64,000 nt of DNA from contig CAVTHK010000005.1 of the NCBI GenBank assembly GCA_963734495.1, forward strand, positions 96,001 to 160,000, in the 5' to 3' direction. Shown here piece after piece: positions 1-10,024 of this stretch. A program made the translations under genes and the position numbers. The stretch is from an uncultured Spirochaetota bacterium (GTDB lineage Bacteria > Spirochaetota > Spirochaetia > SZUA-6 > CAVTHK01). The notes under the pieces are model-generated. The model saw only the letters and a list, made by a program, of their open reading frames with translations, had not been told where the DNA came from and made no database searches. The first letter of the stretch is position 1. Every line of letters begins with the position of its first letter.

Positions 1-345
1 CCCGTCGCGCGGGACCTCGGCGAGCAGGCCGTGCTGGTTGATCACGATGCGGGTGGTTTCGGTCTCGGCGATCAACTTCTCCTCGAACCAGGGGCTCATC
101 CACGTCGTGCCGGAGAACACCTCGATCCGGTCGAAGCTGAAGAAGCGGTCCGCCTGCTCGTTGCTCGCGATCCCGTGATCGCTAAAGACCCGCCACGAGC
201 CGAAGTTCTCGTTCCAGTACCCGAACTCCATGTTGAAGCAGCGGTCCACCGGCCTGTGGTGCATCTGCGCCACGAAACGCTCGCGGTCGCTCATCGAGCC
301 CGCCCACTTGGCCCGGATCGGCGTGACCCGCATGACGTCAGGCAT
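1..345 (-). CDS. Uroporphyrinogen decarboxylase (URO-D)/MtaA-like family protein, 3' end outside window
   Basis: Manual translation from ATG at 345: MPDVMRVTPIRAKWAGSMSDRERFVAQMHHRPVDRCFNMEFGYWNEN... The 'MSDRERF...PVDR' start is typical of URO-D-like proteins; the frame is open to the window edge. Confidence 0.65.
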   Translation of the reverse strand, partial: MPDVMRVTPIRAKWAGSMSDRERFVAQMHHRPVDRCFNMEFGYWNENFGSWRVFSDHGIASNEQADRFFSFDRIEVFSGTTWMSPWFEEKLIAETETTRIVINQHGLLAEVPRDG

Positions 346-387
346 GGCCCACACTACTCCGCCCCGACTCGACAGGGCGCAACAGCG

Positions 388-416
388 TTGCGCGGCGCCC
401 CCCGCCCCGCTACACT
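388..416 (+). promoter_or_regulatory. Sigma70-type promoter (TTGCGC-N17-TACACT), 7 nt before the ATG; likely leaderless
   Basis: -35 at 388-393, -10 at 411-416, ATG at 424, no Shine-Dalgarno. Confidence 0.55.
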
Positions 417-423
417 CGCGGCC

Positions 424-2196
424 ATGATCCGCCGTTTTCTCGAGCACGCCCGCCGCCCGGTCCTGGACCTGGGGGGCGTGTGGGATTTCGCGTTCCTCGG
501 CGACGTCGCAGCGGACGCGGTCGACGTCGGCCGCATCGCCTTCGACGACCGCATCGCGGTCCCCGGATGCTTCGACGCCAGCCCGCGCTACGCCGGCCGG
601 CGCGGGCTGACCGCCTACCGCCGAACGGTGCCGCTCGCCGCCGGGCGGCGCGCCCGACTGGTGCTGAGCGGCGTCCACCACTGGTGCCGCGTCTTCGCCG
701 GCGGCCGGGCGCTGGCCGAGCACGTCGGGGGCTACACCGTGTTCGCCGTCGACATCCCGCCGCGGCGGCCGGCCGCGGCCGCGACCGACGTGGTGGTGCT
801 CGTCGACAACCGCCTCGACTACGGGCGCTGCCCCCTTCACCTGGATTATTTCGACTGGTACCACTACGGCGGCATCGCCCGCGGCGCCGAGCTGCACGCG
901 CTGCCGGATCCCTGGATCGAAGAGCTGCGTGTCGTCACGACGGACCTCGCGAGACGCGAGATCGAGGTGACCCTGCGCTACGGGTGCGCAGGCGGCGCCG
1001 CGGCGGAGGCGCCGCTGGAGCTGGCGCTCGACGGCCGCACGATTACCCGCGAGACCGTGCGCCTCACGGCCGGCGGGGGCGCCGTGACGCTGCGGCTGCG
1101 GCTCGACGGGACCGAGCCGTGGACGCCCCGCGCGCCGCGGCTGTACGCCCTCTCCGCGACGCTCGCCGAGGACGACCTGGTCGAGCGCGTCGGGCTGCGC
1201 GAGGTCAGGGTCGACGGCCGCTCGCTGCTGCTCAACGGCGAGCCGCTCGAGCTCCGCGGGTTCAACCGCCACGACGCCCACCCGCAGTTCGGCTGCGGGC
1301 TGCCCGAGGCGCTGCTCGCGGCCGACGTCCAGATCCTGCAGGACCTCGGCGCGAACTTCGTCCGGGGCAGCCACTATCCGCAGGACCCGCGCTTCCTCGA
1401 CCTCTGCGACGAGGCGGGCCTCCTGGTCTGGAGCGAGGCGATCGGCTGGCAGCACACCCCGGCGCACCTGAACGACCCGCGCTTCCTCGACGCGCAGATC
1501 ACGGACATCCGCGAGATGATCGGCTCGGCAGCCAACCATCCGTCCGTGATCCTCTGGGGCCTTCTGAACGAGAGCGCGAGCCAGGACGCCGCGAGCCGGC
1601 CGGGCTACGAGCGGCTCATCGGCGAGATCCGCAGGCTCGACCCGAGCCGGCCCGTCACCTACGCGTCCAACCACTGGCGCGACGACCTCGCCTTCGACCT
1701 CATCGACGTCGTGTCCATCAACACCTATCCCGGCTGGTACGTCGGGGAGCTGGCAACTCTTCCCGCCGAGCTCGATCGCGTGATCGAGCGCCTCGAACAG
1801 CCGGATGTCGCCTCGAAGCCTGCGATCCTCTCGGAGATCGGCGCCGGCGCGGTCCCCGGGTGGCGCGACCAGAACCGCACGCGGTGGAGCGAGGAGTACC
1901 AGGCCGCGCTGCTCGAAACGGTGATCCGCCACGTGTTCCACGACACGAAGCGCTTTGCGGGCCTCGCGATCTGGCAGTTCTCGGACTGCCGCAGCTCCGA
2001 GCTCACGGAGCGGGTGCTCCGCAGGCCGCGCGCCTTCAACAACAAGGGGGTCGTCGACGAATACCGCAGGCCCAAGCTGGCCTTCGACACCGTGAGGCGC
2101 ATGTACCGCGAGCTCGCGGATCGGCCGGCGACCGGGAAGGGCGCGGCGGCTCGGCCGACCCCTCGCCCCCGGTCCACCCAGGGAGGACGAAAATGA
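424..2196 (+). CDS. Glycoside hydrolase family 2 (beta-glucuronidase-like)
   Basis: GH2 motifs GFNRHD, ANFVRGSHYP, NHPSVILWGLLNE (acid/base), SEIGA (nucleophile), NNKG (glucuronidase-type N-K motif). Start taken at ATG 424. Confidence 0.9.
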   Translation: MIRRFLEHARRPVLDLGGVWDFAFLGDVAADAVDVGRIAFDDRIAVPGCFDASPRYAGRRGLTAYRRTVPLAAGRRARLVLSGVHHWCRVFAGGRALAEHVGGYTVFAVDIPPRRPAAAATDVVVLVDNRLDYGRCPLHLDYFDWYHYGGIARGAELHALPDPWIEELRVVTTDLARREIEVTLRYGCAGGAAAEAPLELALDGRTITRETVRLTAGGGAVTLRLRLDGTEPWTPRAPRLYALSATLAEDDLVERVGLREVRVDGRSLLLNGEPLELRGFNRHDAHPQFGCGLPEALLAADVQILQDLGANFVRGSHYPQDPRFLDLCDEAGLLVWSEAIGWQHTPAHLNDPRFLDAQITDIREMIGSAANHPSVILWGLLNESASQDAASRPGYERLIGEIRRLDPSRPVTYASNHWRDDLAFDLIDVVSINTYPGWYVGELATLPAELDRVIERLEQPDVASKPAILSEIGAGAVPGWRDQNRTRWSEEYQAALLETVIRHVFHDTKRFAGLAIWQFSDCRSSELTERVLRRPRAFNNKGVVDEYRRPKLAFDTVRRMYRELADRPATGKGAAARPTPRPRSTQGGRK

Positions 2197-2663
2197 AGGT
2201 AGCCTTCGCCACTGACCACTCGGGCTTCCCGATGAAAGGCGAGGTCCTCGCCATTCTCAAAGACCTCGGCGCGGGGGTCATCGACCACGGGTCGTTCACG
2301 CCCGAGCGGGTCGACTTCCCGGACCTCGCGCGCAAGCTCTGCGCCTCGATCCGCGGCGGCGAAGCCGAGCGGGGGATCATGCTGTGCGGAACCGGCATCG
2401 GCGCCGCGATCGCCGCGAACAAGTTCCCCGGGATCCGCGCATGCGTGTGCCACGACGTGCACAGCGCGCACCAGGGCGTCGAGCACGACGACATGAACGT
2501 GCTGTGTCTCGGCGGCAAGATCATCGGCCCGTGGCTGGCGCGCGACATCATCCAGGCGTTCATCGGGGCGAAATTCTCGACGGATGAGTACTTCCGCAGC
2601 CGCCTCGTGAAGCTCGAGCTGATGGAGGCCGAGGCCGCCCGGCTGGCGCTGGAGCGGAAGTAG
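2193..2663 (+). CDS. rpiB: RpiB/LacA/LacB family sugar-phosphate isomerase
   Basis: MKVAFATDHSG, CGTGIG, ANKFPGIRA, HDDMNVLCLG; ATGA overlap with the GH2 stop; GGAGG RBS. Confidence 0.9.
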   Translation: MKVAFATDHSGFPMKGEVLAILKDLGAGVIDHGSFTPERVDFPDLARKLCASIRGGEAERGIMLCGTGIGAAIAANKFPGIRACVCHDVHSAHQGVEHDDMNVLCLGGKIIGPWLARDIIQAFIGAKFSTDEYFRSRLVKLELMEAEAARLALERK

Positions 2664-2703
2664 GGGCCGCGGCCGGGCTCGCCCAAGGGCGCCTCCCTCG
2701 CAC

Positions 2704-2732
2704 TTGTCAGGCGCGCGACGAATGCGTACCCT
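2704..2732 (+). promoter_or_regulatory. Sigma70-type promoter (TTGTCA-N17-TACCCT), 7 nt before the ATG; likely leaderless
   Basis: -35 at 2704-2709, -10 at 2727-2732, ATG at 2740, no SD. Confidence 0.55.
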
Positions 2733-2739
2733 CTCCTCC

Positions 2740-4023
2740 ATGAGCGCCATCGACGGCATCCTCGACCGCATCCCCCTGCCCCGCGTGGTGCGGATCCGGC
2801 AGACCTTTCCCCGGCCCCGCATCGAAGACCCCGGCGCCGAGCTGATCGCCCGCGTGCAGGCGCGGGGCCTGCTCGCCCGCGTCAAGCCCGGCGCGCGCAT
2901 CGCGATCACCGCGGGAAGCCGCGGCATCAGCAACATGCCCGAGATGGTGAGCCTCCTCGGCAGGGAGATCCGCCGCCTGGGGGGCGAGCCGTTCATCGTG
3001 CCGGCCATGGGGAGCCACGGCGGCGCCACGGCCGAGGGCCAGAAGAAGATGCTGCAGGGCCTCGGGATCAAGGACGACATCCCGATCCGTTCCTCGATGG
3101 AGGTCGTGCGCATCGGCACCTCCGACAACGGCCTCCCCGTTCACATGGACCGCAACGCGTGGGAGTCGGACGGCATCGTCGTCATCAACCGGATCAAGCC
3201 GCACGTCGCCTTCCGCGGGCCCTACGAGAGCGGGCTGATGAAGATGCTCGCCATCGGGCTCGGCAAGCAGTACGGCGCCGAGATCTGCCACAACCTCGGC
3301 TTCGGGCGGATGGCGGACAACGTGCCGGCGATCGGGAAGGTCGTGCTCGCCAGCGGCAAGATCCTCATGGCGGTCGCGCTCCTCGAGAACCCCTACCACG
3401 AGACCTGCCGCATCGAGGTGCTCGCGCCGGACGAGGTGGCCGAAGCCGAGCCCCCGCTGCAGCTCGAGTCGCGCGCGCTCCTGCCCCGCTTCTACTGCGA
3501 ATCCTTCGACGTGCTGGTCATCGACGAGATCGGCAAGAACATCAGCGGCACCGGCTTCGACAACAACGTGGTCGGCCGCTACCACACGCAGTTCATCTCC
3601 GGCGGACCGACCATCACCCGCGTGGCCGCGCTGGACATCACGGACGAGAGCCACGGGAACGCCAACGGGCTGGGGATCCTCGATTTCACGACGCGGCGCG
3701 CCTTTGACAAGTTCGATTTCGAGCAGACCTACCCGAACAGCCTGACTTCCACCGTGCCGACGAGCGTCAAGATCCCGATGGTGCTCCGCAACGACCGGCA
3801 GGCCATCCAGGCCGCGATCAAGACGTGCAACATCGCGCGCTGGGAGGACGTCCGTTTCACGCGCATCCGCAATACGCTTTCCATGAGCGAGATCGAGGTG
3901 AGCGAGAACATCGCCGCCGAGCTCGCGGACAACCCCAACGTGAGCGTCGCGAGCGAGCCCTACGATCTCCCCTTCGACGCCAGCGGTGACCTGCTCGCGC
4001 GCGAGGCCGTCGCGGCGCACTGA
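2740..4023 (+). CDS. Lactate racemase (LarA)-domain / DUF2088-DUF362-like protein
   Basis: AITAGSRG, PAMGSHGGA, NRIKPH, GLMKMLAIGLGKQ, GKNISGTGFD motifs of a divergent LarA-like family. Confidence 0.7.
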   Translation: MSAIDGILDRIPLPRVVRIRQTFPRPRIEDPGAELIARVQARGLLARVKPGARIAITAGSRGISNMPEMVSLLGREIRRLGGEPFIVPAMGSHGGATAEGQKKMLQGLGIKDDIPIRSSMEVVRIGTSDNGLPVHMDRNAWESDGIVVINRIKPHVAFRGPYESGLMKMLAIGLGKQYGAEICHNLGFGRMADNVPAIGKVVLASGKILMAVALLENPYHETCRIEVLAPDEVAEAEPPLQLESRALLPRFYCESFDVLVIDEIGKNISGTGFDNNVVGRYHTQFISGGPTITRVAALDITDESHGNANGLGILDFTTRRAFDKFDFEQTYPNSLTSTVPTSVKIPMVLRNDRQAIQAAIKTCNIARWEDVRFTRIRNTLSMSEIEVSENIAAELADNPNVSVASEPYDLPFDASGDLLAREAVAAH

Positions 4024-4053
4024 CGGGCGCGCGCCTCGAAGCGCTCAGGCGCG

Positions 4054-5316
4054 TCAGGCCGGGCCGAGCTCGCGGGGCGGCCACCCCGCCCTGTAGACCT
4101 GCGTCCCGAACCGCGGGAGGTCGTCGACCACGAAGAACATTCCGCCGCCTCTCCAGCGCTCCCCGCCGGCGAGAAAGTCGGCCACGCCGCGCCGGAGGCT
4201 CGTGTCGCGCGGCGCCGTGGCCGGGTCGATGTCGTTCCGCAGAAAGATGAACCACAGCCCGTCCCGGCCGTTCGAGGCCACGGGATACAGGTAGAGCTCG
4301 CGCTGGAACCGGACCAGGTTGTCGGACGAGAGCGGGATGCGCTCGAACTGCGTATTGAAGATCCAGGAGGAGCAGCCGAACGTGCGGCAGACCTGGTTGG
4401 GGAAGAAGCGCGCGAAAAAGTCCGCGGCGCGCCGCATCGAATCGGCGCACGCCTCGAGCGTCATGCGGCCGCCCTCGGGGATGTGCATGTCCAGAGTCTG
4501 GTCGCCGTCGGCGAGCACGCATTCCCATTCCCGGAGGCTGAGCGTCACGCGGCGCTTCTCCGCGAACCCGGCCGGCGAGATCACGGAGCCCGTCACGCTG
4601 GTCGCGGTCCGGTCGAGCGTCGCGGTCCAGCCCGTCGGGTACGACGGGCCAATGCCCCCGCCCAGCTCCCAGGCCACCTGCCCTTCATCGTCATAGCGGG
4701 TGCCGTCCGGCGCCAGGGCCGCGACGCGGCCGGTCGCGCGGTGCCTGTAGGCCACGGCGCCTCCGCGCGCGGGCCGGATCATGTATTCCATGCGTCCGAG
4801 CCGGAACAGCCGGCATGCCGGGTAATGCCTCGTCCAGTAGATCTGCGTGACGGGGATGCCGATCTCGCCTCCGCTCATGCGCGCGTAGTTCTCTGCGAAG
4901 CACGCGAGCTGGCTGCAGGTCTCGCGGGTGACCGCGTCGGGCACGCCCATGCGCGCGTGAGCCTCGCGCACGCGCGGCACCATGGCCGTGGCCACGAGCA
5001 GGTAGAAGGCGCCCCCCAGCGCCGAAGGCCACTCGCTCACGCGCTCGTAGTCGGCGTGCTCGTAGAGCAGCCGCTGGCAGTGCCAGGCGAGGAGCCGCGC
5101 GGCGGGGTCGCGGGCGATGCGGGACGCCTCGGCCTGGAGCCTCGCCTCGGCCGATTCGGGCAGGCCGCTGTAGCCGCGCGCGGCCCGCACCTCGCCGGGC
5201 TCGAGAAAGGCGGGCTTGCGTTCGCCCAGGCTCGCGACCGACTCCTCCCAGTGGGGCGCGAAGACGTCCGCGGCCTCGGGGACTCCCAGCCTCGAAAGCG
5301 CATCGTGAAGATCCAT
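4054..5316 (-). CDS. Acyltransferase domain-containing protein (GNAT-like, DUF5596-like)
   Basis: C-terminal part of ORF 4054..6738 from MDLHDAL; motifs LFRLGRMEY, LDMHIPEGG, FGCSSW, TSLRR; GGGAGGAG RBS. Confidence 0.75.
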   Translation of the reverse strand: MDLHDALSRLGVPEAADVFAPHWEESVASLGERKPAFLEPGEVRAARGYSGLPESAEARLQAEASRIARDPAARLLAWHCQRLLYEHADYERVSEWPSALGGAFYLLVATAMVPRVREAHARMGVPDAVTRETCSQLACFAENYARMSGGEIGIPVTQIYWTRHYPACRLFRLGRMEYMIRPARGGAVAYRHRATGRVAALAPDGTRYDDEGQVAWELGGGIGPSYPTGWTATLDRTATSVTGSVISPAGFAEKRRVTLSLREWECVLADGDQTLDMHIPEGGRMTLEACADSMRRAADFFARFFPNQVCRTFGCSSWIFNTQFERIPLSSDNLVRFQRELYLYPVASNGRDGLWFIFLRNDIDPATAPRDTSLRRGVADFLAGGERWRGGGMFFVVDDLPRFGTQVYRAGWPPRELGPA

Positions 5317-5336
5317 CGGGCTCCTCCCTGCTCGAG

Positions 5337-6372
5337 CTACTCCAGCGCCGCCCGCGTCATCGCGAAGTAGTGCTCGGGAGGCACGTACTCCGGCACGGAG
5401 TTGCCGGTCCCGAGCGCGTAGCATCCGCGTCCGCGCGAGCGCTCGAGCATCGCGGCCGACCTGCGATACACCTCTTCCGGCGGCCTGCGGATCACGAAAT
5501 CCACGTCGATCCCGCCGAGAACGGCGATGCGGCCGGCCGCAGCGCTCGTAAGCCTCTTCGACCGGCAGGATCGCGTCCTCGAACGAGTGCTTCGCGTCGA
5601 AGCCGAGCTCGTCGATCACCGTGTCCATCCACGGGTAGATCGCGCCGCAGGAGTGCAGGATCGCGGGCTTCCCGCTCGCGTGGATCGCTTCGACGATGCG
5701 CTTGTGCCACGGAAAGACGTAGCGCGCCATCTGCGCCGGGGTGAGCAGCGGCTGCGTCTTGAAGCCCCAGTCGTCGTTCGAGATGGCGGCGCCGACCAGC
5801 GGGTGGGCGCACACGAGCCGGTAGTAGCCCACGAGCGCCGCGCCGATGCGATCGAACACCGCCTGCGCCAGCTCGGCGTCGTCGGCCATCATGTAGCAGA
5901 GCCGGTCGTAGCCCACGATGCGGATCGCGTTCTCCTCGACGCCGCAGGGGCCGTGCGGGATGAGCCTCATGCCCTCGGGCACCCACCGCGCCAGCCGGTC
6001 GATGAGCCCGAGGTCGACGGCGCCGAGGTCCGGCCAGCGGTAGCGCTCAAAGGATTCGCGGTCCGAGATGAGCCCGCCCTCGTTCAGGGAGAGCGAAGCC
6101 TCCTTGCGCCGGGCGGGGACGTCGAAGTCGAAGCCCGGCAGCGGCGCCAGGCACGCGTGATCGTAGCCCGCGCGGTGGAACCCGAGCGCCCGCTCGGCGT
6201 ACGGCCGCAGCGTCTCGTCGTCCGGAAGCCGGACGCCCTCGAGGAGGATGGCGAACAGCGTCGGGTTGAGGAAGAACTCGAAGAGCACGGGCCGCGATGG
6301 CCGGCCCTTGCGCAGCACGGTCTCCAGCTCCCCGAAGTCGCATGCGTAGCGGCGCGGTTTCACGGGCGGCAC
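5337..6372 (-). CDS. URO-D/MtaA-like family protein (frameshift near 5530)
   Basis: SNDDWGFKT, ILHSCG, DAKHSFED; after a +1 shift continues IAVLGGIDVD...YALGTGNSVPEYVPPEHY to TAG at 5337; GTG start preceded by TGnTACAGT. Confidence 0.8.
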
Positions 6373-6468
6373 GCCGCGACTGTAGCATGGCCGCCCCGCC
6401 GTCGCCAGCGCGCGCCCCCTTGAACCGCGCGCTCGCCCGGTGTAGACCGGGCCGGGGGGAGGCCCGCG

Positions 6469-8680
6469 ATGATCACGGTGCACATGATCGGCAACGCCCA
6501 CATCGACCCCGTCTGGCTGTGGCGCTGGCCCGCCGGAGTCGTCGAGGTGCTTTCGACCTGCCGCGCGGCCGCGGACCTGATCGACGCGCAACCCGGACTT
6601 CGTCTTTACCCGCGGCGAGGCGTGGGCATACGAACAGGTCGAGCGGCACGACCCCGCGCTCTTCGAACGCATCCGCGCGCACATCGCCTCGGGCCGCTGG
6701 AAGCCGGTCGGCGGCTGGTACATCCAGAGCGACTGCAACCTCCCTCTCGCCGACTCCTTCCGCAGGCAGATGGAGATCGGGCTGCGCTATTTCGAGAAGC
6801 GGCTGGGCGTCCGGCCCGACGTCGCGTATAACGTCGACAGCTTCGGCCACACCGCGTACCTCCCGAGCCTGCTGCGCGAGCACGGCTTCGCGTCGTACGT
6901 GATGATGCGGCCGGGTCCCCACGAAAAGGAGCTGCCCGGGTCGCTGTTCCGCTGGCGCGCGCCCGACGGCGCCGAGGTCCTCACGTGGCGCATCCCCGTG
7001 AGCTACAACGCGCGGGGCCCCGAGGACCTGGAAAGAAACGTCGAGGCGGCCCTGGCCGCGGCCGCTCCGGGCATCCCGCACGTGATGTGCTTCTACGGCG
7101 TCGGCGACCACGGCGGAGGGCCCACGCAGGCGCACATCGACTGGATCCGCGCCCACGCGCGCGCCTTTCCGGACGCGGTGCTGGAGCCGAGCGACCCGCA
7201 GCGGTTCTTCGCGGCCGTGGCCCCGCAGGCGGACGCCCTCCCCGTCGTCGCGGACGAGCTGCAGTACCACGCGGTCGGCTGCTACTCGGTCGTACGTCAG
7301 ATCAAAGTTGAAGTCAGGCGCGCCGAGCGCGCGCTCGCCCGCGCCGAGACCGCGATCCGGATGGCCGGCGGCAGGCCGCCCGCCCGCGCGTCCGCGGCCC
7401 TCGAGGAGGCGTGGAAGGCCCTGCTCTTCAACCAGTTCCACGACACCTACGGCGGCAGCGCCATCGCCGAAGCGTACGCGGACGCGAGGGACCAGCTCGG
7501 GCGGTCGTGCGCGATCGCGGACGAGCTGGCGCACGCGGCGTTCCTGAAGCGGCTGGTCGCGCTCCCGCCGGACCCGCGGCAGCGGATCGTGGCCTTCAAC
7601 GCGAGCGACCGCGACTTCGACGGCGCGATCGCGCACGAGCCGTGGCTCGACTGGAGCGGCTTCGACGGGGCGCTGCTCGACGAGAGCGGCGAGGAGGTCG
7701 GCTGGCAGCCGGTGCAGCAGTCGGCGATCGTCCGCGGCCGGCGGGCCATGCTGTGGCGCGCGAAGATTCCGGCGCGCGCCGTCGCGATCTACCGCCTCGT
7801 CCCGGGCGCGGCGCAGGCTGCAGCCTCCGGCAGCGCCGGGAGCCCCGGCCCGCGCGCCGTCACCAACGGCTTCGTCACGGTGCGCGCCGGCCGCGGCGGC
7901 ACGCTGTTCGCGGCGACCGACGCCGCCGGCCTCCCGCTGTTCGACTCACCCGGGCCGCAGGTGCGCGTGCTCGAGGACGCGAGCGACACCTGGTCGCACG
8001 GCATCGACCGCTACGCGGGCCGGCGGCTGGGGCTCTTCCGCGTCACGCGCGCGGCGGTCGAGGAGAGCGGCCCGCTGCGCGCGACGCTGCGCGTGGAGGC
8101 CGCGTTCCGCTCGAGCCGCCTCGAGCTGCGCCTGCGGCTCCTCTCCGGCGACCCCGCGATTCACATGGAGGCCGCCCTGTCGTGGGGCGAGCGGCTCGCC
8201 GTCGCGAAGCTCGCCTTCACCTTTCACACTCCCATCGAGGCCCGCATCGACGGCGTGCCCGGCGGCAGCATCCAGCGGCCGCAGGATGGGCGCGAGGTCC
8301 CCTACCGCGACTGGACGCTGGCGCAGCCCGGGCTCGGCGTGGTCGCGCCCGACTGCTGGGCGCTCGACGGCGAGGGGGCCGAGGTCCGCTTCACGCTCGT
8401 GCGGTCGCCGGTCTTCGCCTGGCACGACCCGCAGAAGCTGGACCCCGGCCAGGGCTACCGCTACACGGACCAGGGCGAGCATTTCTACCGGTTCGCGCTG
8501 TTCCCCCGCGCGAGCGCCGAGGCGCTCGAGGCCGCCGTCGCCGCACTGACGCGGCCTCCGCTGTGCCTCGACTGGACGCTGGGGATGGGGGAGCCGCCGC
8601 GCCCGGCGCGCAGCGGCGTTGACAGAAGCAAGCGCGCGCGCAAGAGTGCGCAACGGCCATCGCGCGGAGGTGAAAGTTGA
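6469..8680 (+). CDS. Glycoside hydrolase family 38 (alpha-mannosidase-like), frameshift near 6593
   Basis: GNAHIDPVWLW; removing one C gives GGWYIQSDCN, VDSFGH, GVGDHGGGP, NQFHD. Confidence 0.85.
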
Positions 8681-9938
8681 AGACGACCCTGTCCATCGAC
8701 GGCGAGCGCTTCCGGATCAACGGCAGGCTCGTCTACAGCGAGATCCCCGGAAGCCCCGAGTCGGTCCACGGGCTGCTGATGAACGCCCGCCTCATCCAGG
8801 GGATCTTCGACGACAAGGCGGCTCCCGAACGCTTCGCGCGCTTCGGGTGGGACCGCTGGGACCCGGAGCGGCACACCGACGAGCTGATCGCCGCCCTCCC
8901 CGAATGGTACGCGTACGGGCTGCGCGCGTTTACCGTCGGGCTGCAGGGCGGGATGCCGGTGTTCACCATAGACAACGACACCATCGACTGCAATCCGTTC
9001 AGCGCGGACGGAAGCCGCATCGACGAGCGCACTCTCGCGCGGCTCGACCGGCTGATCCGGGCGGCGGACGCCATCGGGATGGTGGTGATCGTGAGCATCC
9101 TCTACCAGGGGCAGGCGCCGCGCATGGGCGACGGCGCGTGCCTGCGGCGGGCGGTGCGCGCCGCCTCGCGCTGGCTCGCCGGGCAGCGCTTTACCAACGT
9201 CATCATCGAGCCGGCGAACGAGCACACGGTGGGCGCGTTCAAGCGGAGGCCGATGATGGCGAGCCCCGACGCGGTCACCGGGCTGATCGAGATCGCCCGC
9301 GAGGCGTCGGGAGGCATGCCGGTCGGCTGCAGCCAAGGCGGCGTCGAGGGGAGCCGCGAGGTGGCCGAGGCGAGCGACGTGGTGCTCGTCCACGGCAACG
9401 GCTCCCGCCGCCAGCGCTACTACCGCTTTCTCCGCATGGTGCGCGAGCTGGGGGCTCGGCAAGCCGATCGTCTGCAACGAGGATTCCCCCTGCTTCACCC
9501 AGCTCGACGTCGCCTTCGAGACGCGCACGTCGTGGGGCTACTACAACAACCATACCAAGCAGGAGCCGCCGGCGGCCTGGGGGATCGCCAACGCCGAGGA
9601 CCTGTTCTTCGCCAGGCGCATGGCCCGCGGCCTCGGAATCCCGGTCGCCGAGCTGCCCGAGGAGGACCAGTACGTCCTGCTCGGGCTCAACGACCGCTGG
9701 GAGTGGAAGGGCGAGCGCTGGGTCAGGCTCGCGGCGGAGCTCCCCGAAACGGTGCGCTCGGTGGAGTTCTTCCGCAACGGCGACCGCGTGGACGTCGCCT
9801 GGGAGGAGCCGTTCTACGTGAACGAAGAGACCACCTGGATCCAGGGCGGCGTCGCCGACCCGTTCCGGGGACGCCTGGAAGGCCGTCGTCCATCTCGCCG
9901 ACGGCCGCGTCCTGGAGCGGACGGTCGTGCAGAGGTGA
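8677..9938 (+). CDS. Uncharacterised TIM-barrel/glycoside hydrolase-like protein (frameshifts near 9455 and 9860)
   Basis: TTG start overlapping the GH38 stop; GLLMNARLIQG, IEPANEH, VLVHGNG, then KPIVCNEDSP...SWGYYN...KQEPP in a shifted frame; TGA at 9936-9938. Confidence 0.6.
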
Positions 9939-10024
9939 GTTCGAATACTCCCGAATACGGTTTTTGTTGACCCCGAGGTGCGCCCGTGGTACGCTCGGGA
10001 AATCCAAAGGAACGGAGGTATGCG

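Noticed and set aside
2707-4020. Antisense ORFs mirroring real genes
   Set aside because: Codon-bias shadows with no recognisable motifs
4054-6738. Apparent URO-D/acyltransferase fusion (894 aa)
   Set aside because: A +1 indel near 5530 bypasses the URO-D stop at 5337; the acyltransferase has its own RBS and ATG at 5316
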